64,000 nucleotides of DNA from Callorhinchus milii (Eukaryota): the NCBI RefSeq assembly GCF_018977255.1, contig NW_024704742.1, positions 46,006,001 through 46,070,000 of the forward strand, in the 5' to 3' direction. The notes under the pieces were generated by a model that saw only the letters and a list, made by a program, of their open reading frames with translations, was not told the DNA's origin and searched no databases. A program made the position numbers and the translations under genes. Below are positions 36,076 through 50,070 of the stretch, piece by piece (within the stretch, counting starts at the first letter, position 1; the number at the start of each line of letters is the position of its first letter).

Positions 36076-39000
36076 ATTGTAAAAACAGAGTAACTCTTCT
36101 CTCCTGCAGGTGCATAAATCACCAAAAACCTCTGACTCCCAGCCCTAACAACATATTATCAATTGTCATGTTTGATATAGTGCTATTTACATTGTGAGGA
36201 GATCTCAAAGCGCCTCACAGAATTTAGTGTTCTTCCATAGTCCAACCCCCATCTCAGGAGCAACCCTTGACTCTCCAGTGCTTTGGGACATCCTCTGAAC
36301 ATGAAAGGTATTATATACATGCAAATTGTTGTTGGTGTTAAGACAGATGCTGTCTTGGATGAGATGTTAAAACCGAGGTCTGTCTACCTGTTCAGATGGA
36401 TGTTAAAGTTCCCATGGCACTACTTGAAAAGAGAAGGGAGTTTCTCTCAGTGCCGTTGCCAATGATCCCCTAGACAAATAAAACTCATTCACTTCATGAA
36501 TGTTTATGGGAAATTGCTGTGCGCAAATGGGCTGCCTCGTTCACCTCCAAAATGCATTCACTGTATTCAGTCAATCCTGTGAAGTGCTTTTAACCAGCTG
36601 GTATCCCACTGAACAACAATCATAGATTATAATACAAGAGCTGACAGCCTCTAAGGCCTCACATAAATCACTATCGAGAACTTGGGGATGTGCATGCATG
36701 TGTGTAGAGCGGCTCTGCCTCTGCCACGTACAAGTATTTTCAAAGTAATAAATATATAATGCCCTGTTAAAGTTATCAGATAGACTTTTTTGCTGTGTAG
36801 AAGTTTTGTTAGTATTCAGATAGTTAAAATCTGGTCAAGGTTTCTCTTAAAAGGCAAAACTAAAAATTTCAATTACCTTTGTCCCAGCTTGTGTAACTTG
36901 ACTCCTAGCAGCCTGGTAAAACTATTCTTATAGAAAAAAAGCAGAGTTGACAGCAACAAGCTTGCTTAATTATTGGGAAATTAAAATAAAAATGACTCTT
37001 CATGTTCTGCTCCCCAAACAGCTCGCTTCCTTTTATTATTCATTACATTTCTTTAGAATTAACCATCTGTTGTAGATTGATGAGGTGATTTGTTTTCTTT
37101 TGACTTCAGTTTATAACTTTCAGAAACAAAAGATTTCTTAACAAGAAGAGAAAACAAAGAATATTTCTGGAATACTTCTGAAAGGAACCTGATAATGTGT
37201 GCAGTGCCTCCATAACAAGCAGAGTATTAGTTCCAGACTCTAATGTGATTCATCACTCAAGCTCCTTCTCTTTCATTTAAATTAGACATTTAAACCGAGG
37301 CTCATTTACTTACTCAGGTGGAGGTTAAAGATCCCATGGCAATATTTGAAAAGAGAAAGGAGCTTCTCCTGCTATCATGCCAGCACATCCCCTAATAAAA
37401 TTGACCATTCACTTCATGGTTGATTGTGGGACATTGCTGTGGCAAATTGAATGCCGTGTTTGTCTACCAATACACAGTCACTGCACTTTTTAGTGAATCC
37501 TGTGAAACACTTTGAAATGTCTCCCTGACGTGAAAGGCCCTATACCAAATGTAAGGATTATTATTCATATCTTATTATAGTACGTTTCTATAAAATTGTA
37601 GTAAGCTATGAGATAGAGGGTCATGCAGACTCAAGGTATTTTTTTCCTGAGAGCACAAAACTAACCTCGCTTGTCCTTCAATTTGAAGGGATTCTCCTGT
37701 CAGTTGACCATAGAATACCAGAAGACAAAGTCCTAGCATCATCCATTCTCTGCTTGAACTATATCTCTTGAGAGACAAAGAGATTCATCCTGTTTACCTA
37801 ATCCCAGTGAGTTTTGGCAAAAATTGGTGAGAGTTCAAAGAGTATTTGGGGTAATCCTGGAGTTTAATCTACTGAAGTCACAACATGATTTGCCATTTCA
37901 TACAAAGATTGATAAGCTTCCCATTGCATTTCCAGCTGGGACCGCCGTAACCATTAGGGGTTTAGTTTGCAGGTTTAACACAGGCTAAATGGAAGAATCC
38001 TGCCACAATGATTGGTCTGCTCCTTTAAGTCCTACCGAGGAGCCTTGCTGGCTGGTCAGTTATCAGCAATATCTTGGAGTACTGCAGCCCTACATGTCCC
38101 AGGAATTGGATTGCCAAGACCCCGATTAACTTGATTACTGTACTATATTGCCACATGAGTATGCTTTGAGTAAGCTCAGATAGTGTTAAGGGCTCTTTAA
38201 CAGTAAGATGAACAGTAGACAGGACCCCAATTTACTGTTTCATCCACAATAGAGCCCACCACTGTTTTGCCCTGAGTGCAACAATCAATTCTGGTGAAGT
38301 GACAAATTAATATAAAAACAAATAGTACTTGATTTTGTTGTTCATAAAAGAAAAGGAAAATTAACCTTCTAAAATTCTGTGACTATATTAATGCAATTGT
38401 GAAAACAAAGTGTGGCTGGAAAGCATAAATAAATTCATTCATGCATTAACACATCTATTAACAATGTCAGAGTAACAGTGCAGAATTGATGGTGCTGTAG
38501 TGCATAAAGGTCTGGAATTTTTTTTTATCAATAACAATAAAGAATAACCTATTATGAACAGGACTTCAATAGTTTTAGTCTATGTTCAGAAATACTGCAT
38601 TGCAAATCACAGATGTTTAGAAATAGTTACATGTACTTAACCAGAGTTAAATATTCTGACCCTATAAGCATTCTAAATAAATCTTTAGAAAAAATGCACA
38701 AGTAAACATGCGACCAAATACAACTTAATAATAATAAATGACATCCATTTAATTTGTTATTCATCATTATCATGTTGTCAAAATGTCTCAAAGCATTTCA
38801 CAGAAAAAGTGTGATGACTTACTGAATGACAAACCTGAATGAAGTCATCCCTCTTGTTTTGTGGGGATGAAACATATCTCCTGGGTTTTGCTCCTCAATA
38901 ATATTATTAATAATAATGCTTGCATTTGATATAGTGCCTTATCACGTCTTACTGTAAAGTGAATTGACTGTATTTTTGTGGGTGAAACGGAGCAGCCAAT

Positions 39001-39764
39001 TGCACACAACTCAAACCACAATGGCATGATATGTGCTATGTATGTACCACAGTATGTGAAGAGAATGACAATGTCATATTAAAAACTTGCGATCCATAAT
39101 CATTAACTGAAATGCATTAAATCGATTAAAAGTAATATTTCGGTCACAAAACAGAATCACTCCGCTTCACAGTATATCCTGTGAAACACTTTGAGATATC
39201 CTCTTGTCATGAAAGGCCCCCACACCAAGTGTTGTTATTATTATTATTATTATTTATCATCTTATCAATAGAAGTGAAGATGTTGTGCTTTGTTGTCGGA
39301 AGGCAGTTCTGTGGTTGCAATGTTCTGGTTCCTGGAGGGAGATCACACCTGCAGATTGTAGTGCACTGCTTACGACATTGTTCCCTATTAATTATGTGCT
39401 GGGACTATGGGCTAAAGTAACACTTTGCATGCAGAAATGAAAATAAATTTCAGGCTTAACATTTCAATAATAAGCAATTGAACACTCTGTGACTAAAATG
39501 TCACTCGGGCTATTTCAATTTTCTGTCAATAAAGTTCTTTAAAACCAATATGTAATATTCTGTTGCAATTATCTCAGCTTTGTGAATATGAGGTGTTTTT
39601 TGATAACATTAGCAGAACAAGATGAACATTTTTTGACCAAAATCAAATCAATTACTGCAATTGTCTACAGAACCTTGTAAGATTGCTTGTAGTATAACAA
39701 AGAACTCATTTTGTTTAGTGTTAGTGTGTTCCTGAAGAACTTGAAATTCAAAGATAAAATGCAG

Positions 39765-40025
39765 GAGCAAAAAACACACTGTGAACAACTGGTTTGGGCA
39801 GTAGTCAATAAATGATAAGATATTGCTGGGAGTTAACAATAGGAATAGGTTTGTGTTTATGCTCTAAATGCTATCATCAATAGTTTTGATGCAATAGTTT
39901 TGAGCAAAAAACACACTGTGAACAACTGGTTTGGGCAGTAGTCAATAAATGATAAGATATTGCTGGGAGTTAACAATAGGAATAGGTTTTGTTTATGCTC
40001 TAAATGCTATCATCAATAGTTTTGA
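39765..40025. repeat. Near-perfect tandem duplication (about 125 bp units, period 137)
   Basis: 39765-39889 is repeated at 39902-40025 with a single 1-nt indel; a 12-nt junction insert separates them. Confidence 0.95.
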
Positions 40026-41924
40026 CACTGTTTTTCAGGATTGCATTTTAAACAAATTTTATTTTTGCTAGCGCTGGTTGGGTTTGTGATACAGTAGAGA
40101 GCCTGTGTTTGCAGTAATTGTGACCAGCGCCATTCTGGTTAAGCAAACAGTGCAGATAATGAGTCATCGAACAAAATACAAATTGACAAATACCAAAAGA
40201 CATCTTCCATCAGGAATTATACTGTCACTGTAATACCATTCATTACTCTGATGCTCTATTTCTTTGATTCACTCGCCTATTTATCTTTGTTTCTCTAATT
40301 GTCTCTGAATATTTGTGTCTTTTACTTTCTCTATTTCTCTCTTTGACTTTCTGTTAATTTCTCTTTTTCTTTTTTATTGCCAGCTTGGCACTTCCACACC
40401 AGAGCTGAAAGCGAATAACCCAGCAGGTGATTTCTCAGTGAGGGTACAAGTAGATTGCTTCTGTATTCACAACCTAGGTTTCCTAAGTAAATTATGACTT
40501 CCAGTTTGTGATTGTTGGACGGTGAATCCCAAGTTACTAAAACCTGAAGGAAGACAGCAAGCAAAACAATGACAGGAAGTGACTGCAAATTGCTCCCTGT
40601 TCTTTAGCGGACTTTGCTGACTTGGGATTAATGATTTGAGAACAAGTGTAACAATCCGATATTGGTAAAAGTGATTATCACAATGAATGCAACAAGTCTG
40701 GTTTAAGACTAACTCAAATTAGTCAAATTAACTATCCCATGTCACAATTTGAAAAAAGAAAGGAGTTTCTCCTGGTGTCCTGGCCAATAAATACTCCAAT
40801 TAAAATTGGTCACTCATTCCATGGCTGCTTGTGGGACATTGCTGTGTATAAACTGGCTCATACTTTGCCCACAATGTACACTTTACAATATATCCTGTGA
40901 AGCTCTTTGAGGATTCTCAGCGATGTGAAAGGCACTACAACAAATGTAAGGATTAGTATTATGTTACTATGGGCCCATGGAAGATCAGTCAGAAATGGTG
41001 GTGTAGTTTGGTTGTATAAGCTTTGAACCAAGCAGGATTGAAAATCAATCTGTACTGATGTGGTTATAAAGCTATTCTCAAAGCTTATCTTCCATGCTAA
41101 TAGAACACCTTTGCATTCACAATATACCACATATCTCTTTAAAGACTGCTAAAGCATTTTGCAACAGCATAAAATAAATGGTTTTGTTTTTGCATTTACT
41201 TGGAGATTACAGTGGAAATGTGTTCCTCATTGGAGTCCAAAACCTGGCTTTCCCCACAGATGGCGACCACTTTTAACTGAATTGTATTGAACATCAGGCT
41301 TCACTAATAGTCATAGGATAGACAATAATCCAATTCCAATCAAGAGATTCATACCTTTTTCTGATGAATGATCAAATTACCGTCAAAATTTAAAGGATAC
41401 AATAATAATATGCCTTGCATTTGCTATAATGCCTTTCAGATAAGGATTTCTCAAAGCACTTCAAAAGATTAACTGTACAGTGCAGTGACTATATGTTCTA
41501 AGCAAACATGGCAACAACATTATCCCATAAAAAAGCATAAAGTGAATGCCCTTCACTTTTAGAATAGTGCCAGGCGATCTTTAAATGCTCTGGGACAGTG
41601 AGGGGCGCTATGTAAATCCAAGTTGTTGTTGTTTTTAAGTCCACCTAAGAAGGCAAATAGGACCTTCCTTTATTATTTCATCCAAAGGATGGCACTTCAT
41701 ATTCCTCAGAGACAGGACATATCATACAGATGATAAGCAGCCAGAGCCAATTAAAGTATCACAGAATTAACATTCAGTACATCAAAGGTGCAGAAATGAA
41801 CCTTATTGAAATGAAAATAGGATAGTATAAACATGTTCGAAAGACAACCATAAGCAATGTTATATTTGCACACAGATTCCACACAAATTGTGCCAGGGGG
41901 TGTGATGTAAAGACGAGTCAGAGG

Positions 41925-42450
41925 ATGTTGAAATCGATCTGTTCTGTGATAGCGAGGACTGGTGTGATGGGGTATAGAGTTTAGTGTGGGTGAGTATACG
42001 GAAGGCGGAGTACTGATTCAATTGTAGTTTGTGGGTAGTGGAGCTGGGGAGATCAGCGAAGAGGGTACTGGAATAGTTGAGGCGGGACATGACAAAGGCG
42101 TGGATGAGAGTTTCAGTTGTGTTGGGTGTGAAGTATTGTTGGACGTGGGCAATGTGACAGAAGTGGAGGAAATCGATCTTACTTAGGAACTGAATATGAG
42201 GCAGGAAGGATAGTTGGGGATTGAAATCTGGTGTCTAGGTTACATACAGCCTCGGTAAATCTTAGGGAAAGGCCGGGAAGATTGAGGAGCTCAGAGCCAC
42301 AGGAGAGAAGATGTTGACGGGAGCCAAGGAATATGGATTTCATCTTGTCAATGTTCAGCTGCAGGAAGTTTGCGCTCATTCAGACCTTGATGTTTGATAG
42401 ACAAGGTGACAGAACATCTGTGGACCTGGAGTCACAGCTGGTTGAAGTAG
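41925..42450 (-). mobile_element. L2 LINE reverse-transcriptase fragment (degraded)
   Basis: MSANFLQLNIDKMKSIFLGSRQHL and SRLNYSSTLFADLP..HKLQL, typical L2 ORF2 motifs. Confidence 0.85.
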
Positions 42451-42521
42451 ATTTGTGTGTCATCACAACAGTATCTGGTTGGTCCTTGTGCTTTTAACAT
42501 TGCAGCAAGTTTGAATCAGTG

Positions 42522-42752
42522 TGCATTTTGCCCACAAATATATAGTCAATTCACTTTACAGTCTATTCTGTGAAGTGCTTTGAGACGTCTAGAAGACGTG
42601 AAAAGCGCTATATCAAATGCAAGGAATATTATTATTATTATATTTCGCTCACAAAGTACACAGTCACTTCAATTTACAGCATATTCTGTAAAGCACTTTG
42701 AGACATCTTGAAGATGTGATAAGGTGCTATATCAAATGCAAGGATTATTATT
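42522..42752 (+). mobile_element. Two tandem SINE 3' ends
   Basis: Two consecutive copies ending gctatatcaaatgcaagga(tta)n. Confidence 0.85.
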
Positions 42753-44071
42753 AAATGTCTTTTCACTGCCACTGAAATAGTCTTTAACATTTTCTTTGAA
42801 GAAAGGTTAGTAGAGTGCTCCTTTGCAAACCGTTTTTAATTGTGTAACCTGGAATCTTGCAATGATGTTACTTTTCATCTTTTTTTAAAGTTATCCTTGG
42901 AAAATATCTCGACTAATGGAGAAGCAGTAATGAACCCACGCTTGTGTGAAATCCAATGAATCATGCAGCAGATATCTGGGCTGCTTTAGCACAAATAATA
43001 GCAGGTGCTGATGGAGCATGAATTTATTGAAAAACCAGGTCATATGACATTTCAAAGCGACGTCTGTAGTTCAAAGGAAAATTATTGACACCAGACTTTG
43101 CATATACTATGAAGTCATCAAGAACAAATCCTAAAATGCCGGAATGTGCCAAGCAACTATTAAGACCCACGTAACATGTTAAAAATTGACACAGATTTTA
43201 GCAAAGAAAATACATTTTATCTATATGATCTTTTTTGTAACTGCATGAGTATATTTATGCTGGCTTCAGCACATACTTTGCAACTTACACCTAGCATGTT
43301 CTCAGACATCAAATAAGCACTTTTTATGAGGATAAATGGCTCCCATGTTGAAACACAATTTACTGCTGTAGCTTTTATTTTGAAATCTAAATAATTGTGT
43401 GAAAATAGGAATAAGAATGACAGGCATATGAACAAGAGGGGCTTGAAGAAGTATGATAAAAGAAGTATGAGGATCAGGGTTGGTGGTGGGATTGAATTGA
43501 TCTCCTAGCCGATGCAGACTCAATGGGTTGGATGGCCTCCTTCTGCACTTTAAATGTCTGTGTTTCTATGATACTTCATCATTAAACTTACACGTGACAT
43601 AGACCATAAGTAGAAGGGAAAGAGTGCATTACCAGAATTATTTCACTATTGAAAATAAATATCTCTGAATTTAAGATGCTTAACAGGGTAGTGAAAGTAT
43701 CCTCAGAATAACACTTTCAGATACTCAAAACTAGCAGGATAAAGGGCGTAGGTTCAAGCTTCTGAAAGTAATACAAAGACGGCAACAGGAAAGTGCAGGA
43801 GAGCCCCGTGGATTTGCTAAGAATATGAGTACCCTGTGGATCATTTTGCCGTGCATTGACCGGATTATCGCATGTTAAAAAGTAATCCCAGACACCACAT
43901 TGCAGAGTATAATAAATGATTTGGGCACCAATCTGCTAAATGTGGAAGTCAGTCATTCATTTGTGTAGGAAGCCAGATGTCTTTCTTTGCACACATGCAG
44001 TGACATTGCCAGTCATGAGACATCATGGTACTACCCAGTAATCACACCCTGTTATAAGGTTGGTTGGATGC

Positions 44072-44527
44072 CAGGCTGGCTATGTTGGTAGCACTCTTGT
44101 CTGTGAGTCAGCAGGTTGTGGGTTCAGACCCCATCCTGAAAAGTTGAATTGACATAAAGTAGACTCATTACATTACATGATTACAGTGATTACACTCATT
44201 ACAGTGTTGAGATGGATTGGATTGTCGGACGTGCCGTAGTTCAAATGACGTTAAACCAAAATCGCCTTTGCCTGCTCAGGTGGATGTTAAAGTTTCCAGG
44301 GCATTATTCAAAAGAAAAAGGATTTTTTCCTGGTGTCCTGACCAACAATCCCCAGCAAAATTTGTTATTGACTTGATGGCTGACTGATAGTGGGATTGCT
44401 GTGTGCAAATTGGTGGCCACATTCGCCTACAAAATACACAGTAACTTTTCAGTATATCCTGTGAAGCATTTTGATACATCCTCCCAACATGAAAGGTGCT
44501 ATTTCAAGTGCAAGGATTATTATTATT
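44072..44527 (+). mobile_element. Near full-length Deu-core SINE
   Basis: Head ttggtagcactcttgtctgtgagtcag..gggttcagacccc, Deu core and L2-like tail. Confidence 0.8.
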
Positions 44528-44896
44528 TTTCGGTTGGAATTTTATGGAATCCTTCTATCAAGTAATAACAGGAGCCCTACTGTACTTCTGTACACAAGTG
44601 GCAGTCAGCAACTTCAAAGGGTTATTTACCAGGAAAGGGTAGGAGAGCCAAGTTCACTGCAATTATTTAGGAAACAGCTTGATGCTGCAATGAGTTGATG
44701 GTAAAATTGGTGTTCTGGAAGGATGAAATCAAATGTCCCAATTGAACTTTTTTTCATTCAAAACTCTATAGTGATGAAAACAGGTTTAAAACAGTTTAAC
44801 ATTACATTTAACATCCAATCAATCTCCACCAATAGAAAAGCACTTAGGCAAAGGGGACAAAGAAATAAAGTTCAGCAATTTTTATTTTCTTCTTGT

Positions 44897-45175
44897 TCAT
44901 ACTGCAGTTGCTGAATCAGTCTTGTCTTTTTCTATCCTTGTTATTCTGAGTAATTGTGAATCTGATACTGAACTTGCCTGTGTTGAATGATGATAACTAA
45001 ACCAACCTTTTAATTGATAATTTAGCACATCTTCTGGTCTTTGTTCATCAGTGCAAAAAATTCTCCTACAATTTGCTTTCCTTTGTGTGTCTTCCGCTGA
45101 ATGCCCTGAGTCCTTTTTCCTTATTATCTCATCATTGATCTCCAGCGTGGACCTCATTGTGGAACAAAATACTGC
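44897..45175 (-). CDS. Candidate coding exon, unidentified gene
   Basis: Acceptor ttttgatttttatattag| is followed in phase 0 by an open frame of 92 codons (AVFCSTMRSTLEINDEIIRKKDSG...). No homology was recognised. Confidence 0.25.
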   Translation of the reverse strand, partial: AVFCSTMRSTLEINDEIIRKKDSGHSAEDTQRKANCRRIFCTDEQRPEDVLNYQLKGWFSYHHSTQASSVSDSQLLRITRIEKDKTDSATAV

Positions 45176-46144
45176 CTAATATAAAAATCAAAATGTTTCC
45201 CTTCTCCCCCATGGCAGTAATATCTTTGAAAAGCTTCAGCACTTTGGTTAAGGGTGCTAATAATAATCATCATCCATGCATTTGGGAGCATCTTTCATGG
45301 TAGGAGGATGTCTCAAAGTGCTTTGGAGGATTTACTGTGAAGTGGAGTGTGTATTTTGTAAGTGAATGCAGCAGCCAATTTGTGGACAGAAATGTCCCAC
45401 AAACAGCCATTATCCACCTTGGGAAGGAGGTGTGTGGGAGATAAGTGAGATCTTCTTGGAACTGAACTGACTCCAAGGTGACGTTTGGCAATGGAATGTC
45501 AGAAGCTGGTTCCTGAGCCAGATGGATAAATATGATGGCAGGCCCACTGTTGATGATAGCACAACGAAGCTAGCCCATCGGCAGGACTTGAAAGAGCAGA
45601 CCAGTTGCTTCCACTCAGCTCGTGTTAACCCTGCAAGCCAAAGCCCTGGGTAGGGCTTTAGCTTGGGTAGGGTAGTCCTACTCAAACAGAGGGGAAAGCT
45701 TACCAGACATTGCTATCAATCTATGCAGTTTTAGCTGGTCAGATTCAAGCAGTAGCCAAACATACACTCTGGGGTATCCAAACCTTGGCTCTTGCCAACC
45801 TATGCTAATGCTTTCCGGAATTAGGTAAGCAGGATGCATCCCGAGAGAGAGAGAGAGAGAGAGAGTGCACATTTCATTCCAACTATCTATCTCTGGAACT
45901 TCCATGTTTAGGTGGGATACATAGGATTCTCAGCTTGGTTTGGCTACTCTTAAGCATGTTGATGGGTTTTCACATGTGTCAGACATCCAGCTGACTAAAA
46001 AAAAAGCCATGAAGTGAATAACAATTTTTATTTGTGGGATTGTTGGCCAGTACATTGGAAAATCTCTTTTTGACTAGTGCCAAGGGATCTTTAACATCTA
46101 GCTGAACAGACAGATGTTCTCCCCTTTCAGAATGTAAAAGATGA

Positions 46145-46433
46145 CTTGGCAGGTTTCCTTACTCTGCACGCCTCTGTAAGTAGGAACCCGGTTGTTAGTT
46201 GATTGGCAGCTCACTTTTCCGGGGGTAATATTCCCTTTAAAAAATTATTTTAAAAAAAATAATAATTTGGTCACTCAATCCACGGCTGTTTGTGGGACAC
46301 TGCTGTGTGAAATTGGCTACTGCATTTTGCCCTCAAAATATCCTGGCAATTCACTTTTCAGTATATTCTGTGAAGTTCATTGAGACGTCTCGAACACACG
46401 ATAAGGCGCTATATGAAATGTAAGGATTATTAT
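46145..46433 (+). mobile_element. 5'-truncated SINE
   Basis: Body and tail of the dominant family. Confidence 0.85.
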
Positions 46434-48224
46434 TTAATCAGCGCAAGATGTGTGTGGAGAGTGGTCCATGGTATTAACTGTGAGATTTCCATAGGTAAGT
46501 GTTTGTTCCACGTGTTAAGTTATTGAAATGTAAGCGTTCTAATGGGATTTCTTAATAAGAAATTTGAGTAACACAAATGGGAATCCTTCCGGCATCTGGA
46601 AGAATATCATGTTAACCAATTTGTACTTTGCTCCCACACACTCTATTTCTGGAGCAGAATTCCTGAAACACATTTTCCCTTCAGTTTTCATCCCTCCTCT
46701 CCTGAAGGCCTTGACTCATTTTTTTCATTCTACTTATCTGACCGATAACTATTACTATTAATCTCAAGAGTGAAACCTTGCCAAATGCTTTATGGTAGAA
46801 TATATAGTGGGGTTTCAGACCCCATTAACATCTTATGAAGTACTGTGGTGCTTCTGTCAGAACATAAGCACTTTCAGGTGTTAACATAGCTTCTTCTAAG
46901 TCAGCTCATTAATTTAAACTATCTCCTTCAACATGGTATTTTAAAATCATATATAAACAGTTTTTATTGATTTTATATTTCCTTTGTCAGTTTCTCCAGT
47001 GTTAGAGTCATAGAATAAACCTTATATATAAAAGTCCTCCACTCGAGCAGCTTTGACCCATATAGAACTCAAGGCACATTGCAGCCAAGACAATGTGGTG
47101 ACAGTCATAATCAACAAATAGAGGCCTTTAAAAACAAAGATTCAAATTGACTAGGACTTATTTTCAGAACCACTTTCTATAAAATACATTGGGACATCCC
47201 TTCCATGTGAAAGATGCAATATAATTCTCAATTGCATTGTAGAGTGAAAGAGTGAAAGAGCCAAAGAGAAAAGGACTTCCTGCTGTTTAGGGTTTTCCTG
47301 ACACAGGTTCAATCTTACCCAAACGATAACAACATTTATACCCTGATTGACAAGTATTGGACTGAACTGGAAATATCACTTTCCCTTGTTCGGGGAAATT
47401 AAATGCACAACAAGCTACACACGGAATGAACAAATGCCTTACATACAGATGGTCACCTGATGTGGCCTCAATTTGAGGAAGCACCAGATTGTCAGAGGTG
47501 CCATTCCTTCAGATGAGATATTATACCAAGGTCCCATCTGCCTGTACAGATTGATGTTAAAGACCCATGACACAATTTGTAAAAAGAAGGGGGTTTCTTC
47601 TTGTGCTCTGGCCAACAATCCTCTGGAAAAATCAATAATTCACCAGTTGTTTGTTGAATATGGCTATGTATAATACTGACTGCTGTTAGCCTATAAATAC
47701 GTAACAATCTGCACTTTTATATGGCACTTTTCACATAGGAGATATCCGAGTTCTTTAGAGAGCCAGAGTGGGAGCCCATGCTGGGTGGAGAAGTGGAGGG
47801 AGGGATGTATGTGCAAGGTGTCCAAAGGTGCAATCAAAGAGGTTGGGTTGGAAAGCAGAGAGGAAGGGAGTCAAAGACAGAAAGAGAGTTAGAAAGACAA
47901 ATGGAGTTAGGCGGAAGGATTTTGGAAGAGAGTTCTGGAAAATAGCCACTACACTTGACAGCTACCTGTGAAGCTTTAAGATGCTGAGCTGTTATACATG
48001 CTACATAAAATACAAGGATAACTATTATTGTATTGAGTCCTGTACATTATTTTGTATAAATGGAAATGTCACTCTCCCTCATTTTGTATCATTAAGTACA
48101 AGTTGAATGAGCAAATGTCTGGAATGTGGAAGGTTATGAATGAATCCAGCCTATTACCACAGCTAATTATTGTGTTTATGGCAATTTCTTGAATATATTA
48201 TGGAGCTCATACTGCTTATAATAA

Positions 48225-48533
48225 TATATAATAATCCTTGCATTTGCTATAGCACTTTTCACATCTTCTCAACCTCTCAAAGCGCTTCACAGAATAGACT
48301 GTAAAGTGAATTGACCGTATATCTGTGGGCGAAACGCGGCAACCAATTACGCACAGCAGTCCACATCCAGTCGTGGATTGAAAATGACCAATTTTTATTA
48401 TTGCTTTGTTTTGGAGGGATTATTATCAGACATGTAAAGTAAGGAAACTTGCCCAAGATTTCGCCCTGCCGGGAATTGAACCCAGGTGTCTCGCTTGCAA
48501 GGCGAGTGCTCTAACCACTGAGTTACATGACTC
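48225..48533 (-). mobile_element. tRNA-derived SINE
   Basis: Tail, body and head (ggaattgaacccagg..cgcttgcaaggcgagtgctctaaccactgag). Confidence 0.9.
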
Positions 48534-49089
48534 AACTACTTGGAAGACTGGAGAAAATAACCACACTTCTTCTGCAATCTTATATCAAGACTTATTATAA
48601 ATATGTAACTTCAACACAATACATTTTCGGCTGGCAAATAATCAATCTATTCTGCCACACAGTTTTCACTATGGGATCTCTAAGATTGCTGAAGACTCAT
48701 CTTAAACATTCAAGAAATTTAAGAGTTAGTGTATTATTTTTTTCTTTTCTCTTCCTTTCATTTTCTTATTCTTCGATTGTATTTTCATTTTTGTTTGTGG
48801 GTGATGCAAGAGCAGGTTAGTTGCTGTGTCTGCCTATATCATAACATTTTATATGAAATACAGTTTGCAAATCACCATCTTATTATTAAGATTGGTTGCT
48901 ACATTTGTCTACATAACACTATTCATTCCAATGTCAGCCTGGCTCAGATCGTAGCACTCTTACCTCTGAGTCTGAAGGAAGCGGGACCAAAACCCACATC
49001 GGGATTTTGAACTCCCAAAGTGCTCCAAGACATGAAAGATGTTACATACCCAAATGAAGAGTATAAGCAAGTTGTTGTGGAACTCACAC

Positions 49090-50070
49090 AGTCCAGCCTC
49101 GCCGAAGGCACGATCGAAGAGGAGGGGCTTGAGGCACGCCTTGAAGGAGGCAAGGGAGGGAGCGAGGCAACGGGAATGTGGAATGGAGCTCCAGTGGGTA
49201 AAGGAAGAGAGGCTGAAGGCACGACCACCAATAGTGGTGTGGGCCGGGCAGGGGACATGGAGCAGGCTGGAGCCTGCTGAGCAGAGGGAGCGGAGAGGTT
49301 GATATGGGGTTAGCAGGTTGGAGAGGTAGGAGGAGGCAAGGCTATGGAGGGCCTTGAAGGTGAGAACACGAGTTTTGAATTCGCTCCTCTGAGGGATGTT
49401 GAGCCAGTGGAGCTGGGCGAGGGTGAGTGTGATGGGGTCATAGAGCCTGGTGGGGGAAAGGACACAAGCTGCAAAGTTTTGGATGATCTACTGCTGGTGG
49501 AGGGAAGAGTTGGGAAGGCCGACAAGCAGGGTGTCAAGCCTGGTTGTAGTCAACAAGCAAGCATAGTCAAGCCTGGTTGTAATGAAGGCATATATGAAGG
49601 TTTCAGCGTCCTGAGGGGTGAGGCAGTGGTGGTGTTGGGCGAGGTTGCGGAGGTTGGGGAGGCAGAGCAGGTCACGGGGTGGATGTGGGGGAGAAAGGAA
49701 AGTTGAGGTTCGAACAAGAGGCCTAGATTCTTGACTGGCTTGATGAGGTGTTCTGTGCATCCATGGATGCTGATGATCCCAGTGCCTGAGGTGTGGAGGT
49801 GCTGGCGCGAGCCAATCAGGAGAACCTCAGTCTTGCTGACGTTCAACTGTAGAAAGTTGGCTCTCATCCAGAACTTGGCAGTCTGTCAGGAAAATAATGT
49901 TGGGGTTGAGGGTTGAGGCAGAGAGGTAGAGTTGGATGTCACCCGCGTACATGTGGAAGTTGACCCCATGTCTGCGGATGATGTCACCAAGAGGAAGGAT
50001 GTACAAGTTGAAGAGAAGAGGACTGAGGACAGAGCCCTAAGTAACAATGCACAAGATTGTGCAGGGGCTA
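49090..50070 (-). mobile_element. L2 LINE ORF2 (RT C-terminal half), frameshifted
   Basis: [57 protein letters not shown], and a YADD-like remnant (acatgtacgcgggtgacatccaactctac). Confidence 0.92.

Noticed and set aside
49020..49706. Plus-strand ORFs of 86-120 aa
   Set aside because: They are antisense frames of the L2 ORF2 fragment.
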